A stretch of DNA of 41,438 bases from an uncultured Clostridia bacterium (GTDB lineage Bacteria; Bacillota; Clostridia; TANB77; CAG-508): the NCBI GenBank assembly GCA_947631225.1, contig CANRKM010000002.1:1-41438 (forward strand), written 5' to 3'. The notes under the pieces were generated by a model. That model had not been told where the DNA came from. It searched no databases and saw only the letters and a list, made by a program, of their open reading frames with translations. A program made the position numbers and the translations under genes. Shown piece by piece: positions 21,144 to 31,915 of the stretch (its first letter is position 1; the number at the start of each line of letters is the position of its first letter).

Positions 21144-21184
21144 AAAGAAAAGTCTAGAATATTTCTGGACTTTTCTTTTTTTTA
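21144..21184 (+). terminator. Intrinsic terminator after the surface-protein pair
   Basis: AAAGAAAAGTCTAGAA / TTCTGGACTTTTCTTT stem with a long T tail. Confidence 0.8.
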
Positions 21185-21216
21185 AATAATTGATATTACC
21201 ATTAATTAATAAATAC

Positions 21217-21245
21217 TTGAGCTTTTCTATAATTTATGATAAAAT
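21217..21245 (+). promoter_or_regulatory. Probable sigmaA promoter of lepA
   Basis: TTGAGC, 17-nt spacer, extended TGnTAAAAT. Confidence 0.45.
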
Positions 21246-21300
21246 ACCTAAAGTTAAAAATGTAAAAAAGACTTATACCTTGGAAGGAATGAAGGCAAAT

Positions 21301-23118
21301 ATGAACGAATATCAAAAATATATAAGAAACTTTAGCATAATAGCACATATTGACCATGGAAAGTCAACATTAGCAGATAGATTAATAGAACTTACAGGAA
21401 GTTTATCTAAAAGGGAAATGGCTTCTCAGGTTTTAGACAATATGGATATAGAGCGAGAAAGAGGAATAACAATTAAGGCACAATCTGTAAGAATGAAATA
21501 CAAGGCTAAAGATGGACGAGAATATACATTTAATTTAATAGATACTCCTGGACATGTAGATTTTAATTATGAGGTATCAAGAAGTTTGGCTGCATGTGAT
21601 GGAGCAATTTTAATTGTAGATAGTACACAAGGAGTAGAAGCACAAACATTAGCAAATGTTTATTTAGCAATAGACAATAATTTAGAAATTTTACCTGTTA
21701 TAAATAAAATAGATTTACCTAGTAGTAGACCCAAAGAAGTACAAAAAGAAATAGAAGACATAATTGGAATTCCTGCCGTAGGATGTCCATGTATTTCAGC
21801 GAAAACAGGGTTAAATGTAGAAGACGTTTTAGAAAAAATAGTAACAGATTTGCCTCAGCCAAAAGGTGACGAAGAGGCAAAAACAAAATGTTTAATATTT
21901 GATTCATATTATGATAATTATAAAGGTGCAGTTGCATATGTAAGATTAATAGATGGGAAAGTAAAAGTAGGAGACGAAATTACACTTATGCAAGCAAAGA
22001 AAGACTTTACTGTTACAGAAGTTGGATATTTTGCACCAGGAAGTTATATTCCCTCAAATGAGCTAAAGGCAGGAGAAGTAGGATACATAGCAGCAAGTAT
22101 AAAAAATTTATCTGAAATACATGTCGGAGATACAGTTACTTTAAAAAATAACCCTGCTGAGGAGCCTTTAAAAGGATACAAAAAAGTTCAGCCTATGGTA
22201 TATTGTGGAATTTACCCAATAGATGGAAGTGAATTTGAGGCATTAAAACAAGCTTTAGAAAAATTAAAACTAAATGATGCAGCTTTAGAATATGAAAAAG
22301 AAACTTCTGTAGCACTAGGTTATGGCTTTAGGTGTGGATTTTTAGGATTGCTTCACCTAGAGATAATACAAGAAAGACTAGATAGAGAATTTGATTTAGG
22401 TTTAATTACAACAGCACCATCAGTTATATACAAAGTACACAAAACAAATGGACAAGTGCTTGAAATTTATAATCCAGGAGATTTACCTGAGCCTGCTGAA
22501 ATTGCATATATTGAAGAACCGATAGTTACAGCAAATATATTTACGCCCAAAGAATATGTAGGGGGAATAATGGAAATGTGCCAAAATAGGCGTGGGATAT
22601 ATGTAGATATGCAGTACTTAGATGAAAATAGAGTAAATTTAATATATGAAATGCCGTTAAATGAAATAATTTACGACTTTTTTGATAATTTAAAATCAAA
22701 AACAAAAGGGTATGCATCATTTGATTATGAATTTAAAAAATACAAAGAGGCAAAACTTGTAAAATTGGATATACATGTAAATGGTGAAGCAGTAGATGCT
22801 TTGTCATTTATAGTACACAAAGACATGGCATATACAAGAGGAAAAAAGATGGTAGAAAAACTTAAAACAGTAATACCAAGACATTTATTTACAATTCCAC
22901 TTCAAGCAGTTGTAGGTGGAACTGTAATTGCAAGGGAAACAATTTCAGCATTGAGAAAAGATGTACTTGCAAAGTGTTATGGTGGAGATATAACCAGAAA
23001 GAAAAAACTTTTAGAAAAGCAAAAACGTGGTAAAGCAAGAATGAGGCAAATAGGAAAAGTAGAGATGCCACAAGAAGCATTTTTATCAGTTTTAAAACTT
23101 GATGATGAGTCAAAATAG
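21301..23118 (+). CDS. lepA: Translation elongation factor 4 (LepA), about 605 aa
   Basis: [66 protein letters not shown]; ATG 21301 preferred to the track's TTG 21190. Confidence 0.97.
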   Translation: MNEYQKYIRNFSIIAHIDHGKSTLADRLIELTGSLSKREMASQVLDNMDIERERGITIKAQSVRMKYKAKDGREYTFNLIDTPGHVDFNYEVSRSLAACDGAILIVDSTQGVEAQTLANVYLAIDNNLEILPVINKIDLPSSRPKEVQKEIEDIIGIPAVGCPCISAKTGLNVEDVLEKIVTDLPQPKGDEEAKTKCLIFDSYYDNYKGAVAYVRLIDGKVKVGDEITLMQAKKDFTVTEVGYFAPGSYIPSNELKAGEVGYIAASIKNLSEIHVGDTVTLKNNPAEEPLKGYKKVQPMVYCGIYPIDGSEFEALKQALEKLKLNDAALEYEKETSVALGYGFRCGFLGLLHLEIIQERLDREFDLGLITTAPSVIYKVHKTNGQVLEIYNPGDLPEPAEIAYIEEPIVTANIFTPKEYVGGIMEMCQNRRGIYVDMQYLDENRVNLIYEMPLNEIIYDFFDNLKSKTKGYASFDYEFKKYKEAKLVKLDIHVNGEAVDALSFIVHKDMAYTRGKKMVEKLKTVIPRHLFTIPLQAVVGGTVIARETISALRKDVLAKCYGGDITRKKKLLEKQKRGKARMRQIGKVEMPQEAFLSVLKLDDESK

Positions 23119-23187
23119 GAAGATATAAAAAATAAGATATAATAAAAATATATTAAAATCAAACAAATAGAGAAAGAAGAATTAAAA

Positions 23188-23697
23188 ATGAAACAACACA
23201 TAGTTATGGTAGAGCCAGAAATACCACAAAATACAGGAAATATTGCAAGAACATGTGCAATAACAGGAGCTAAACTTCATTTAGTTCACCCTTTAGGATT
23301 TAAAATAGACGAAAAATCAGTAAGAAGAGCAGGTTTAGATTATTGGGACAAAATAGAAATTGAAGAACATAAATCGTTAGAAGAATTTTTGCAAAAATAT
23401 AATCCAGATGAGAATAACATGTTTTTTGCAACAACAAAAGGTAAAACAAAATATACAGATATAGATTATTCCAAAATGGATGAAGTTTTTGTACTGTATG
23501 GAAAGGAAACAAAAGGGTTACCAGAAGATTTACTACAAAAATATTTAGACAAAAAAACAATAAGAATACCAATGCTTCCAACTTTAAGATCATTAAATTT
23601 ATCAAATTCTGTTGCAATAATAACTTATGAAATTTTAAGACAGCATGATTTTGAAAATTTGCAAGGAATAAGCACATATTTTGATAAGAACATTTAA
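23188..23697 (+). CDS. trmL: tRNA (cytidine/uridine(34)-2'-O)-methyltransferase
   Basis: PEIPQNTGNIARTCA, LHLV.PLGF, RAGLDYW, G.ETKGLP, RSLNLSNSVA. Confidence 0.93.
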   Translation: MKQHIVMVEPEIPQNTGNIARTCAITGAKLHLVHPLGFKIDEKSVRRAGLDYWDKIEIEEHKSLEEFLQKYNPDENNMFFATTKGKTKYTDIDYSKMDEVFVLYGKETKGLPEDLLQKYLDKKTIRIPMLPTLRSLNLSNSVAIITYEILRQHDFENLQGISTYFDKNI

Positions 23698-23772
23698 GGA
23701 TTTATACGGCACTAATTTGATAATAGAAATAATATAAAAATGAAAGTAAATAAAAAAAGAAAAGAGTAAAAA

Positions 23773-24561
23773 ATGCAAACAATAACAAGTAAAGAAAATG
23801 CTTTAATTAAGCAAATAATAAAATTAAAAGAAAAAAAACATAGAGATACCTATTGTAAATATTTAATAGAAGGTGTAAAATTAATAAAGGAAGCTATTCA
23901 GGAAAGTGCAAAAATAGATAAAATAATAATAAATGAAGATGCATTTGATAGTAATTTGTTGCAAAAATACTTGGGGCAAGATTTAGAAAAATTTGAATGT
24001 GTAAAAGTACCAAATAACATTTTTAAAATAATAACAGAAGTAGAAAATCCACAAGGTATTTTAGCAGTTGTAGAAAAAAAATCAAATAATGATCAAATAG
24101 ATTATACTCAAGACATAATTTTAGCTTTAGATGATATACAAGACCCAGGAAATCTTGGAACAATTATAAGAACCGCAGATAGTGTAGGTTTAAAGCAAAT
24201 TATAGTTTCAAAAGGAACTGTTGATGCATATAATTCTAAGGTTATTCGTTCTACAATGGGTGCGATATTTAGAGTGAAAATTATAACAGCCCAAGATTTT
24301 GCTAAGACTTTAGAACAAATAAAGAAAAAAAATTATGAAATAATGGTAACATCATTAGATACCAAAAAATCAATATATGATATTAATTTAAAAAATAAAA
24401 TAATAGTAATTGGAAATGAAGCAAATGGAGTTTCAAAAGAAATTATAAATTTAGCAGATGAAAAAGCTATAATTCCAATGCTTGGAAAAACAGAGAGCTT
24501 AAATGCCTCAGTTGCAACAGGAATAATTTTATATGAATATGTAAGGCAAAAGATAAAATAA
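23773..24561 (+). CDS. TrmH/SpoU family RNA methyltransferase
   Basis: ITS..N..IK, DDIQDPGNLGTIIRTAD, IGNEANGVS, IPM.G..ESLNASVA. Confidence 0.92.
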   Translation: MQTITSKENALIKQIIKLKEKKHRDTYCKYLIEGVKLIKEAIQESAKIDKIIINEDAFDSNLLQKYLGQDLEKFECVKVPNNIFKIITEVENPQGILAVVEKKSNNDQIDYTQDIILALDDIQDPGNLGTIIRTADSVGLKQIIVSKGTVDAYNSKVIRSTMGAIFRVKIITAQDFAKTLEQIKKKNYEIMVTSLDTKKSIYDINLKNKIIVIGNEANGVSKEIINLADEKAIIPMLGKTESLNASVATGIILYEYVRQKIK

Positions 24562-24584
24562 ATTTAGAAAGAAAGGGTACATAA

Positions 24585-25049
24585 ATGGATAAAGATAATA
24601 GTAAAGCTTATTCAGAAGTAGTTGAAATTCTAAAATTAATAGATGATGAAAAATTATTAGAAGCACTTCCAATGGAGATGTTAGAAGTAATAAAGTCAAA
24701 GGCTGATCCTGAATATAAACCGCAAATATCCTCGGAAATATTATTAGATGAGCAAAATCTACAACCAGAGACTTTACCTATTCTTTCTTGGATTGCTATG
24801 AAATATTGGAATATAGATGGGGAACACAAGGATATACAGCAAGAAGAAAATAAAATGCAAATCGAAAAAGAAGAAAATAAAGTACAAATCGAAAAACAAG
24901 AAAATCTAAATAATTTAAAAGATGAAGAAAGCAAAATAAAAGAAATAAATACAGTATTACCAATTGCACATGATCAATTAAAATGGTATGAAAAAATAAA
25001 AATAAAAATTTTAGAATTTATTAATAAACTTTTTAAAAGAAACAAATAG
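24585..25049 (+). CDS. Hypothetical protein
   Basis: 154-aa ORF with AAAGGG RBS inside a co-oriented gene run; no recognisable motif. Confidence 0.7.
   Translation: MDKDNSKAYSEVVEILKLIDDEKLLEALPMEMLEVIKSKADPEYKPQISSEILLDEQNLQPETLPILSWIAMKYWNIDGEHKDIQQEENKMQIEKEENKVQIEKQENLNNLKDEESKIKEINTVLPIAHDQLKWYEKIKIKILEFINKLFKRNK
24841..24905 (+). repeat. 27-bp in-frame tandem repeat (EENKxQIEK)
   Basis: 24841-24867 and 24868-24894 are near-identical, followed by a partial third copy. Confidence 0.8.
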
Positions 25050-25064
25050 GAAGGATAAAATTTT

Positions 25065-25916
25065 ATGAGACCAGTTATAGAAAAGCAAAAATTTGAAATA
25101 AGGCATATAGTCTATATGGTACTTATCATTATTTGTTTGATATCTATAGGAATAGCAGTATATATGCAGTTTTTTAGAAATGAAAAATTAGGAATAATAT
25201 TTGGAATAACAAGTGAAAAAGAAGATGAAGAATATAAAAGCTTAAAAGAAAATTTTTTAAATATATTTACTAATGATATAGATACAGTGGAGGCATATAC
25301 GGGAAATGTAAAAAAGATAAGAAACGAACAAAATTTGGTTTTAACAGCATATAATATTCAAGAACAAGATGTCAATTATACATTAGATGTAAAAATACCA
25401 TATTTTAATATAAATGAAAACATTCCAAAAGAAATTAACCAAGAAATTAAATCTATATTTAAAGACAAAGTAGATAGTATAAAAAGTTCAAATACAACTA
25501 AAAATAGAATTTTTAATATAAGATATAAGACATACATTAATAACGAAAATTTATCTTTAATTATTATGTCTGAATTAAAAGAAGGAAATAATAATGAAAG
25601 AATAATAATAAAAACATATAATTATAATTTAAGAGAAAATAGAAAAGTTAAAATTGACGAAATATTAAGTAAAAAAAATATAGATATAAATAATGCTAAT
25701 AATCAAATAAAACAAGAAGTAAATAAATCACAGGAGCAAAATATACGATTAAGAAATGCAGGATATGATGCAAATGTAAGAGATGTTGAAGCAGATACAT
25801 ACAAAATACAAAATGCAGAAGAATTTTTTATTGGACAAAATGGATATTTGTATGTTGTGTATCCATATGGAAATACAGAGCTTACAAGTGAAATGGATGT
25901 AATAATTTTTAGATAA
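25065..25916 (+). CDS. Membrane-anchored protein resembling DUF4163/DUF3298 (RsiV/PdaC-like)
   Basis: Single N-terminal TM, VKIPYFN, N.NLSLII, TYNYNL, FFI...G.LYVVYPYG pattern. Confidence 0.55.
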   Translation: MRPVIEKQKFEIRHIVYMVLIIICLISIGIAVYMQFFRNEKLGIIFGITSEKEDEEYKSLKENFLNIFTNDIDTVEAYTGNVKKIRNEQNLVLTAYNIQEQDVNYTLDVKIPYFNINENIPKEINQEIKSIFKDKVDSIKSSNTTKNRIFNIRYKTYINNENLSLIIMSELKEGNNNERIIIKTYNYNLRENRKVKIDEILSKKNIDINNANNQIKQEVNKSQEQNIRLRNAGYDANVRDVEADTYKIQNAEEFFIGQNGYLYVVYPYGNTELTSEMDVIIFR

Positions 25917-25947
25917 AAAAAGAGAAGTGGTGGGCACTTCTCTTTTT
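25917..25947. terminator. Bidirectional intrinsic terminator
   Basis: AAAAAGAGAAGTG / CACTTCTCTTTTT between convergent genes. Confidence 0.8.
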
Positions 25948-26067
25948 GAAAATAAAAGGGGATGTTTTTCGTTTATAGATAATTATTTTCAATTATCTAT
26001 AAAATAATATACAATATAAATTTGTCCATTGTGTGAACTTAAGGTGAAAAATAATTACATATAAAAA

Positions 26068-27304
26068 TTAATTTGAATTTTGTTCACCTAAAGTTAAGTT
26101 AATATCTTTTTCTTGACCATCACGATTTACTTTTAATTTAATTGTATCTCCGATAGAATGTTTATTTTTAACTTCATTTAATTCATCCATTTTTGTAATT
26201 TTTTGACCATCAGCTTCAATAATTACATCTCCAACTTTTAGTCCGGCTTTTTCAGCAGCTGAAAATTCATCAACTGAAACTACATAAACACCTACAACTA
26301 AGTTATATCTATTAGCTGTTTCTTCATTTAGATCTCTACCAGAAATACCAATATATGGTCTTTTTACATGTTTATATTCGATTAATTGATCAATTATATC
26401 TGTTGTAGAATTGATAGGTATTGCAAATCCAATTCCTTCAACACCAGTACTTGAAACTTTTAGAGTGTTAATTCCAATAACTTGCCCCTGACTATTAACT
26501 AATGCTCCACCACTATTTCCAGAATTTATTGCAGCATCTGTTTGAATGCATGTATAAGTTGTATTTCCTTCAGTGTCTTGAACTTCTCTATTTAAAGCAC
26601 TTACAACACCACAAGTAATAGTTGTTCCTAAATCTAGTGGATTTCCAACAGCCATTGCAAATTCACCAACTTTAACAGAATCAGAATCTGCAAATTCAGC
26701 AGCAGTTAAATCATTTTTGTCAATTTTTAAAACCGCTAAATCTGTTTGTGAATCTTTTCCTACAACTTTGGCATCATATTGAGTTTCATCTCCATATAAA
26801 GTAACTTTTAAAGATGTTGCCTCTGAAATATCATAATATGTTGACTCAGAAGAAGAATCTACAACGTGGTTATTTGTAACAATATAACCATCTTCACTAA
26901 TAATTATTCCAGAACCTGATGCTTGTGCTTCAGATGTAGAAGTACCTCCACCAAACATACTAAAAAATGGATTTGAACTTGTTACATTATAAGTAATAGA
27001 AATTCCAACAATTGATGGCAAAATTTTACTTGCAGCATAAACAGAAGTATCTGAATATTTTGAAAGTGATACTAAATCATTATTTACAATGCCAGTATTT
27101 GTAGATGTATTTGTTGTTTGGTAATAGCTTCTCGTTCCACCGACAAGCTTAGTTTTTATACTTGGAACTCCAAAACAAGTTCCGAATAACTAATGCACAA
27201 CCTAAAGCTCCACCTAAAAATGGAATTGCAAAGTCTTTTCCAAATGACTTGTTATAACTTTTATTATTGTTAATTACATTTTTAAATTCATCATTTTGAT
27301 TCAT
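26068..27304 (-). CDS. htrA: HtrA/DegP serine protease with N-terminal TM and one PDZ domain, about 411 aa when the +1 shift at C-GGA (27184-27181) is read through
   Basis: GSG.I, TNNHVV, DLAVLKI, IQTDAAINSGNSGGAL, PDZ. GGAGG RBS + ATG 27304 encodes the TM anchor, which joins the protease frame as ALVI-G-TCFGVP. Confidence 0.9.
27181..27184 (-). other. +1 frameshift site C-GGA in htrA
   Basis: GTT ATT C GGA ACT TGT; CGG is codon 41 from ATG 27304, the zero frame stops 11 codons later, and GGA is in frame and open to ORF 26068..27021. Confidence 0.9.
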
Positions 27305-27342
27305 AAAAATAACCTCCAATTTAGTATTATAATAATTTTTAT

Positions 27343-27379
27343 ATTATATTACAATATGTTTGTGAAAATATTGTGAAAA
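27343..27379 (-). promoter_or_regulatory. htrA promoter region: -10 plus tandem TTTTCACA repeats
   Basis: Minus-strand TTTTCACA at 27379-27372 and 27368-27361 (11-bp period), TATAAT at 27348-27343, no good -35. Confidence 0.5.
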
Positions 27380-27504
27380 AAATGTTATAAATTAATGGTA
27401 TTTTGAAAAAAATTCCATTAATTTAAAATTAGAATATAAATTTTTAAAAGAAACATAATAAAAAAAGCAAGAAATTGCAAAAAAGAATGGGAGGTATTAC
27501 CAAA

Positions 27505-27669
27505 ATGGATAATAAACAAAAAATTAATTGTACAGTAGAAAGTTGCAAATATAATAATGGCCAAAAACAACTTTGTGAGTTAGATGCGATAATAGTAACA
27601 CCAAAGGAAAATGTTCACACAGCTAATCCAGATGAATCTGAATGTTCAAGTTATGAATGTTGTGAATAG
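27505..27669 (+). CDS. DUF1540 family small Cys-rich protein
   Basis: I-x-C-x-V-x-x-C-x-YN...C-x-L-x-x-I-x-V...C pattern; GGAGG RBS before ATG 27505. Confidence 0.75.
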   Translation: MDNKQKINCTVESCKYNNGQKQLCELDAIIVTPKENVHTANPDESECSSYECCE

Positions 27670-27704
27670 GAAGTTAAGTTATTTTTTTAAAATTTAGTTT
27701 AATT

Positions 27705-27952
27705 TATCATTAGTATATAATTTTTCAAGATATATAAATGTGTGAATGAAGTAATATTAGAAATTCTTAGTAAAATTTTTGGGTAATGTTCGCTTAATTT
27801 TCATAAAAAATTATAAGTGAAAAATTATTAAATATTTTATTTAGAATTTTTTATGAAAATTATGAGTGAAAAGGTCCCAAAAATTTAATTTAGAATTTCT
27901 TAAATTACGTAATAATCCATTTTATATCTTGAAAAATTATATACTAATGATA
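27705..27952. repeat. 248-bp fold-back element with perfect 30-bp terminal inverted repeats (MITE-like)
   Basis: TATCATTAGTATATAATTTTTCAAGATATA (27705-27734) is the exact reverse complement of 27923-27952; internal segments also pair. Confidence 0.8.
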
Positions 27953-28012
27953 TAAGAAATAGATATAAAAAATTGATACAATACATAAAATGGAAAAATT
28001 TTCTATAAAATA

Positions 28013-28041
28013 TTGCAAAATTTTCTAATTAATAGTATAAT
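28013..28041 (+). promoter_or_regulatory. sigmaA-type promoter of the glycosyltransferase genes
   Basis: TTGCAA, 17-nt spacer, TATAAT. Confidence 0.55.
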
Positions 28042-28084
28042 ATTGTATGTGCATACATAAATATAATATAGAGAGGAAAAATAA

Positions 28085-29314
28085 ATGGAATATTTATATT
28101 TATTAAGGCAAGCCTTAGTTTATATTTTAGTTATATTTTGGATATATCAATTTGCAATAAGCTTATGCTCACTAATAAAATTTAAAGAAAAAAAATTAAT
28201 AAAAAATAAAAAGCACAAATTTATGGCAATAATACCTGCACACAATGAAGAAAAGGTAATAGGAAATTTAATAGAAAGTCTTAAATGTCAAGATTATGAT
28301 AAAGATTTGTACGACATATATGTTATAGCAGACAACTGCACGGACGACACTGCTTTAATTGCTAAAGAAGCAGGAGCAATAGTTTATAAAAGATTTGATG
28401 AAACCAAAAAGACAAAAGGTTACGCTTTAAATTGGTTTTTAAAACAAAAAATAGAAGAAAAAGCAGATTATGATGCATTTTTAGTTTTTGATGCAGATAA
28501 CATTGTAGACAAAAACTTTATAAAAGTAATGAATAGAAAATTATGTCAAGGAGAAGAAGTGGTTCAAGGATATAAAGACATTAAGAATCCATCAGAAAGC
28601 TGGGTTTCAGCAGGATATGCATTCTTCTACTGGACAATGCACAGATTTTACCATTTAGCAAGATACAATGTTGGATTATCACCATTACTAAACGGAACAG
28701 GATTTATGGTAAAATTTGATTTAGTAAAAGAAAATGGTTGGGATACAGTAACATTAACCGAGGACATAGAATTTTCGCTAAAACAAATAATAAAAGGAAA
28801 AAAATTAGGTTGGGCAACAGATGCAATAGTATATGATGAACAACCAGAAGAATTTAAAGCTTCTTGGAAACAAAGAAGCAGATGGACAGTAGGGCATATT
28901 CAATGTATGAAAACATACACAAAGGATTTAGCACTAGCTGTTAAAAAGCATAAAACAATAATGAATTTTGATGGTTTACTATATATTGTTGGAAGTGTTC
29001 CAATGTTTGTACTAACAATGATTTTACTATTTTCTAATTTTGCAATATACTTATTAGACACAATGACAACAGCTCAGCTAATATCAAATATAGTAAAATT
29101 TATTATACCAACATTTTTCTTACCAATTTTTACAGCAATATTTACTATGTATATAGAAAAGAAACCAATAAAACCAATGCTTAAATGGACATTATATTAT
29201 CCACTATTTATGGGATCATGGCTTTTAATAAACTTTAAATGTTTATTTAAACAAGATATTAAATGGGAAAAAATCGAACATATGCGTAGTGTTAAAATAA
29301 AAGAAATAGCCTAA
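28085..29314 (+). CDS. GT2 family membrane glycosyltransferase (cellulose synthase/PgaC-like)
   Basis: IIPAHNEE, ADNCTD, KGYAL, FDAD, LTED, QRSRW motifs and flanking TM helices. Confidence 0.9.
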   Translation: MEYLYLLRQALVYILVIFWIYQFAISLCSLIKFKEKKLIKNKKHKFMAIIPAHNEEKVIGNLIESLKCQDYDKDLYDIYVIADNCTDDTALIAKEAGAIVYKRFDETKKTKGYALNWFLKQKIEEKADYDAFLVFDADNIVDKNFIKVMNRKLCQGEEVVQGYKDIKNPSESWVSAGYAFFYWTMHRFYHLARYNVGLSPLLNGTGFMVKFDLVKENGWDTVTLTEDIEFSLKQIIKGKKLGWATDAIVYDEQPEEFKASWKQRSRWTVGHIQCMKTYTKDLALAVKKHKTIMNFDGLLYIVGSVPMFVLTMILLFSNFAIYLLDTMTTAQLISNIVKFIIPTFFLPIFTAIFTMYIEKKPIKPMLKWTLYYPLFMGSWLLINFKCLFKQDIKWEKIEHMRSVKIKEIA

Positions 29315-29338
29315 AAATTCTAAAAATAATCAGCATCT

Positions 29339-29373
29339 AGCGCGATTTGTTTTAAATAAAATCAAATCGCGCT
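29339..29373. other. Intergenic hairpin between the two glycosyltransferase genes
   Basis: AGCGCGATTTG / CAAATCGCGCT 11-bp stem with only a weak T tail. Confidence 0.55.
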
Positions 29374-29425
29374 TATATTTTAAAATGAGTGCCTTAAAAC
29401 AAAGCAAAAAAAGGATGAATTTATT

Positions 29426-30925
29426 ATGAAAAAAGAAAAAATATTTAAATTAATACATATAGCAATAATTATATTAGGATCTATATTTATTCTTATACCA
29501 GCAATTCATAGCAATATGTGGTTTGATGAAAGTTATTCAGTTGCAATAGCTGACAAAAGTTTTATAGATATTTGGAAAATAACAGGTAATGACGTACATC
29601 CTGCACTATACTACTGGATGTTACATATTGTTAATATGATTTTTGGTGCCAATATTATAATATATAGAGTACTTTCAGTATTTGGAATTATATTACTTGG
29701 AATTATTGGATTTACACATATAAGAAAAGACTTTGGAGAAAAAACAGGAATTATATTTTCATATCTTGTATATTTTTTACCTATAATGGGTACATATGCA
29801 CAAGAAATAAGAATGTACTCATGGGCATGTTTAATTGTTACTTTAATGGCAATTTATGCTTATAGATTTTATAAATCAATATTAAATAAAGATGAAAAAT
29901 CAAGAAATAAAAATTTAATTTTATTTGGTATATTTAGTATATGTTCATGCTATATTCATTATTATGCCCTTGTTTCAGCTGGATTAATAAATTTAATACT
30001 ATTAATTTATGTAATAAAGAATAGAAAAAATGATAAAAAATCTTTAATATATTTTCTTGTGGTAGCTTTAATCCAAATTTTATTATATATTCCATGGTTA
30101 ATTTATTTTGTAACACAGCTTCAACACGTAAATTCAGGATTTTGGATTGAAGTAAGTTTAATTAATACTACAATGCAAATATTAAGTCTACAATTTAGTA
30201 GAAATTTGGATTTAGGTAAAATAGAAGCTACAATTGCTTCAATTGTTTCAATAATTGTTACAATTTACACAATATATAAAATGGTAAAACTTAGAAAAGA
30301 AAGCAAACCTGCTATTTTAAGTTTAGCTATATATTTAGCTGTAATATTAGCCATTGCTATAATTTCTATTAAAATGCCTATATTATATGCAAGATATTTG
30401 TTGGTAGTTACAGGTTTGTATATATTTACATTAGCTTTTATATTAGCTAAGGAAAACAATAAAATAATTATTAGTTTAATATGTGGAGTTGTTTTAATAT
30501 TAGGAATAATTGGAAATATAGAAAATGTTAAAATAAATTATGATACATCAAACGAGGAAGTATTTAATTATATTGATAAAGAAATAAACGAAAATGATAT
30601 ACTTATATATTCAAATGTTGGAAGCGGATTTGGAGTTGGAGGAGTTTGTGCTGCAAAATATACACAATATAAACAATATTTTCTTAACCTTGAAAATTGG
30701 GGGATAGAAGAAGCATACAAAGCATATGGACCACAAATGACTACTGTAAGAGATTGGGATTTTTTAAATAATTATAAAGGCAGGATTTGGATTATAATGC
30801 CGGAAAGCACAGAATTATATGATAGAATTCCAAAGGAAAATATAAATATTATAAAAGAAACAAAGAGATTTGATACAAAATATCATAATAATATATACAA
30901 TATTATGTTAGTAGAGAAAAAATAA
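29426..30925 (+). CDS. GT-C fold (GT39/ArnT-like) integral membrane glycosyltransferase
   Basis: WFDE after TM1, DVHPALYY, QEIRMYS, HYY motifs and many TM segments. Confidence 0.8.
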   Translation: MKKEKIFKLIHIAIIILGSIFILIPAIHSNMWFDESYSVAIADKSFIDIWKITGNDVHPALYYWMLHIVNMIFGANIIIYRVLSVFGIILLGIIGFTHIRKDFGEKTGIIFSYLVYFLPIMGTYAQEIRMYSWACLIVTLMAIYAYRFYKSILNKDEKSRNKNLILFGIFSICSCYIHYYALVSAGLINLILLIYVIKNRKNDKKSLIYFLVVALIQILLYIPWLIYFVTQLQHVNSGFWIEVSLINTTMQILSLQFSRNLDLGKIEATIASIVSIIVTIYTIYKMVKLRKESKPAILSLAIYLAVILAIAIISIKMPILYARYLLVVTGLYIFTLAFILAKENNKIIISLICGVVLILGIIGNIENVKINYDTSNEEVFNYIDKEINENDILIYSNVGSGFGVGGVCAAKYTQYKQYFLNLENWGIEEAYKAYGPQMTTVRDWDFLNNYKGRIWIIMPESTELYDRIPKENINIIKETKRFDTKYHNNIYNIMLVEKK

Positions 30926-30944
30926 AAATAGAGAGGAAAAAGAA

Positions 30945-31787
30945 ATGTTTAGAAACATAAAAGTATATGCATTTGTTGGACCTTCTGGTACCGGAAAAAG
31001 TTATAGAGCACAAATGGTTGCAGGAGAAAAAGAAGTACATTTTATAATAGATGATGGATTATTAATAAATGATAATCAAGTAATAGCAGGAGAATCAGCA
31101 AAAAAAGCATCAACAAAAATAGAAACAGTAAAAAAAGCTTTGTTTTTACATGATGAAGAAAAGAAGATAATACAAAATGCAATAAAAAAATATAAGGTTG
31201 ATTCAATACTTATTTTAGGGACATCAGACGGAATGGTAGAAAAAATAGCAGAAAATCTTGGATTACCCAAGATTTCTGAGACAATTTATATTAAGCAAGT
31301 TGCAACAGATGAAGAAATGCAAACAGCAAGGAGGATAAGGGTAACAGAAGGAAAACATGTAATACCTGTTCCAACATTTGAGATAAAAAAAGATTTTTCT
31401 GGTTACCTTTTAGACCCTCTTCAAATATTCAAATCAAAAGGAAAAGGAGAAAAGCCATATATATCTGAAAAGTCAATAATAAGACCTACATTTAGCTATA
31501 TGGGAAATTTTACAATTTCGGATTCAGTATTTAGACAAATTGCAGAATATCAAGCAAATAAAATGACAGAGATTTATAAGGTATTAAAATCTAGAGTACA
31601 AAATTATGGAGAAGGAGTATTAATATATTTAGAAGTTTCAGTAGTATATGGATACAACATACAGACAAGTTTAAAGGAATTTAAAAATAAAATAACAAAG
31701 GAAATAGAAAATTTAACTGCAATGAACGTAATTGATGTCGATATTGTTGCCAAAAATATTTATATACCGGAAAAAGAAGTAGAATAA
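30945..31787 (+). CDS. P-loop NTPase fused to an Asp23/Gls24-like C-terminal domain
   Basis: Walker A GPSGTGKS and IIDDGLLI; C-terminal G.FTISD.V...YG..I......K..I...IENLT.MNV..VDI. Confidence 0.7.
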   Translation: MFRNIKVYAFVGPSGTGKSYRAQMVAGEKEVHFIIDDGLLINDNQVIAGESAKKASTKIETVKKALFLHDEEKKIIQNAIKKYKVDSILILGTSDGMVEKIAENLGLPKISETIYIKQVATDEEMQTARRIRVTEGKHVIPVPTFEIKKDFSGYLLDPLQIFKSKGKGEKPYISEKSIIRPTFSYMGNFTISDSVFRQIAEYQANKMTEIYKVLKSRVQNYGEGVLIYLEVSVVYGYNIQTSLKEFKNKITKEIENLTAMNVIDVDIVAKNIYIPEKEVE

Positions 31788-31915
31788 GTAATTTTAATAG
31801 AGTTTTTATATTAAAATAATTAGAATAAAGAAACAATTATTCTTGACAAAAAATATATTTTAATAGATAATAAAAAAGGAAAAATAGAAAAAAATACCAA
31901 GGAGGATAACAAAAG

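Noticed and set aside
21190-21300. 37-aa N-terminal extension of LepA
   Set aside because: Overlaps the likely promoter; family similarity begins at ATG 21301.
21301-24561. lepA, trmL and the TrmH-family gene as dedicated machinery for the CGGA recoding
   Set aside because: They are ordinary widespread translation genes and show no unusual feature I can see; proximity alone is not evidence.
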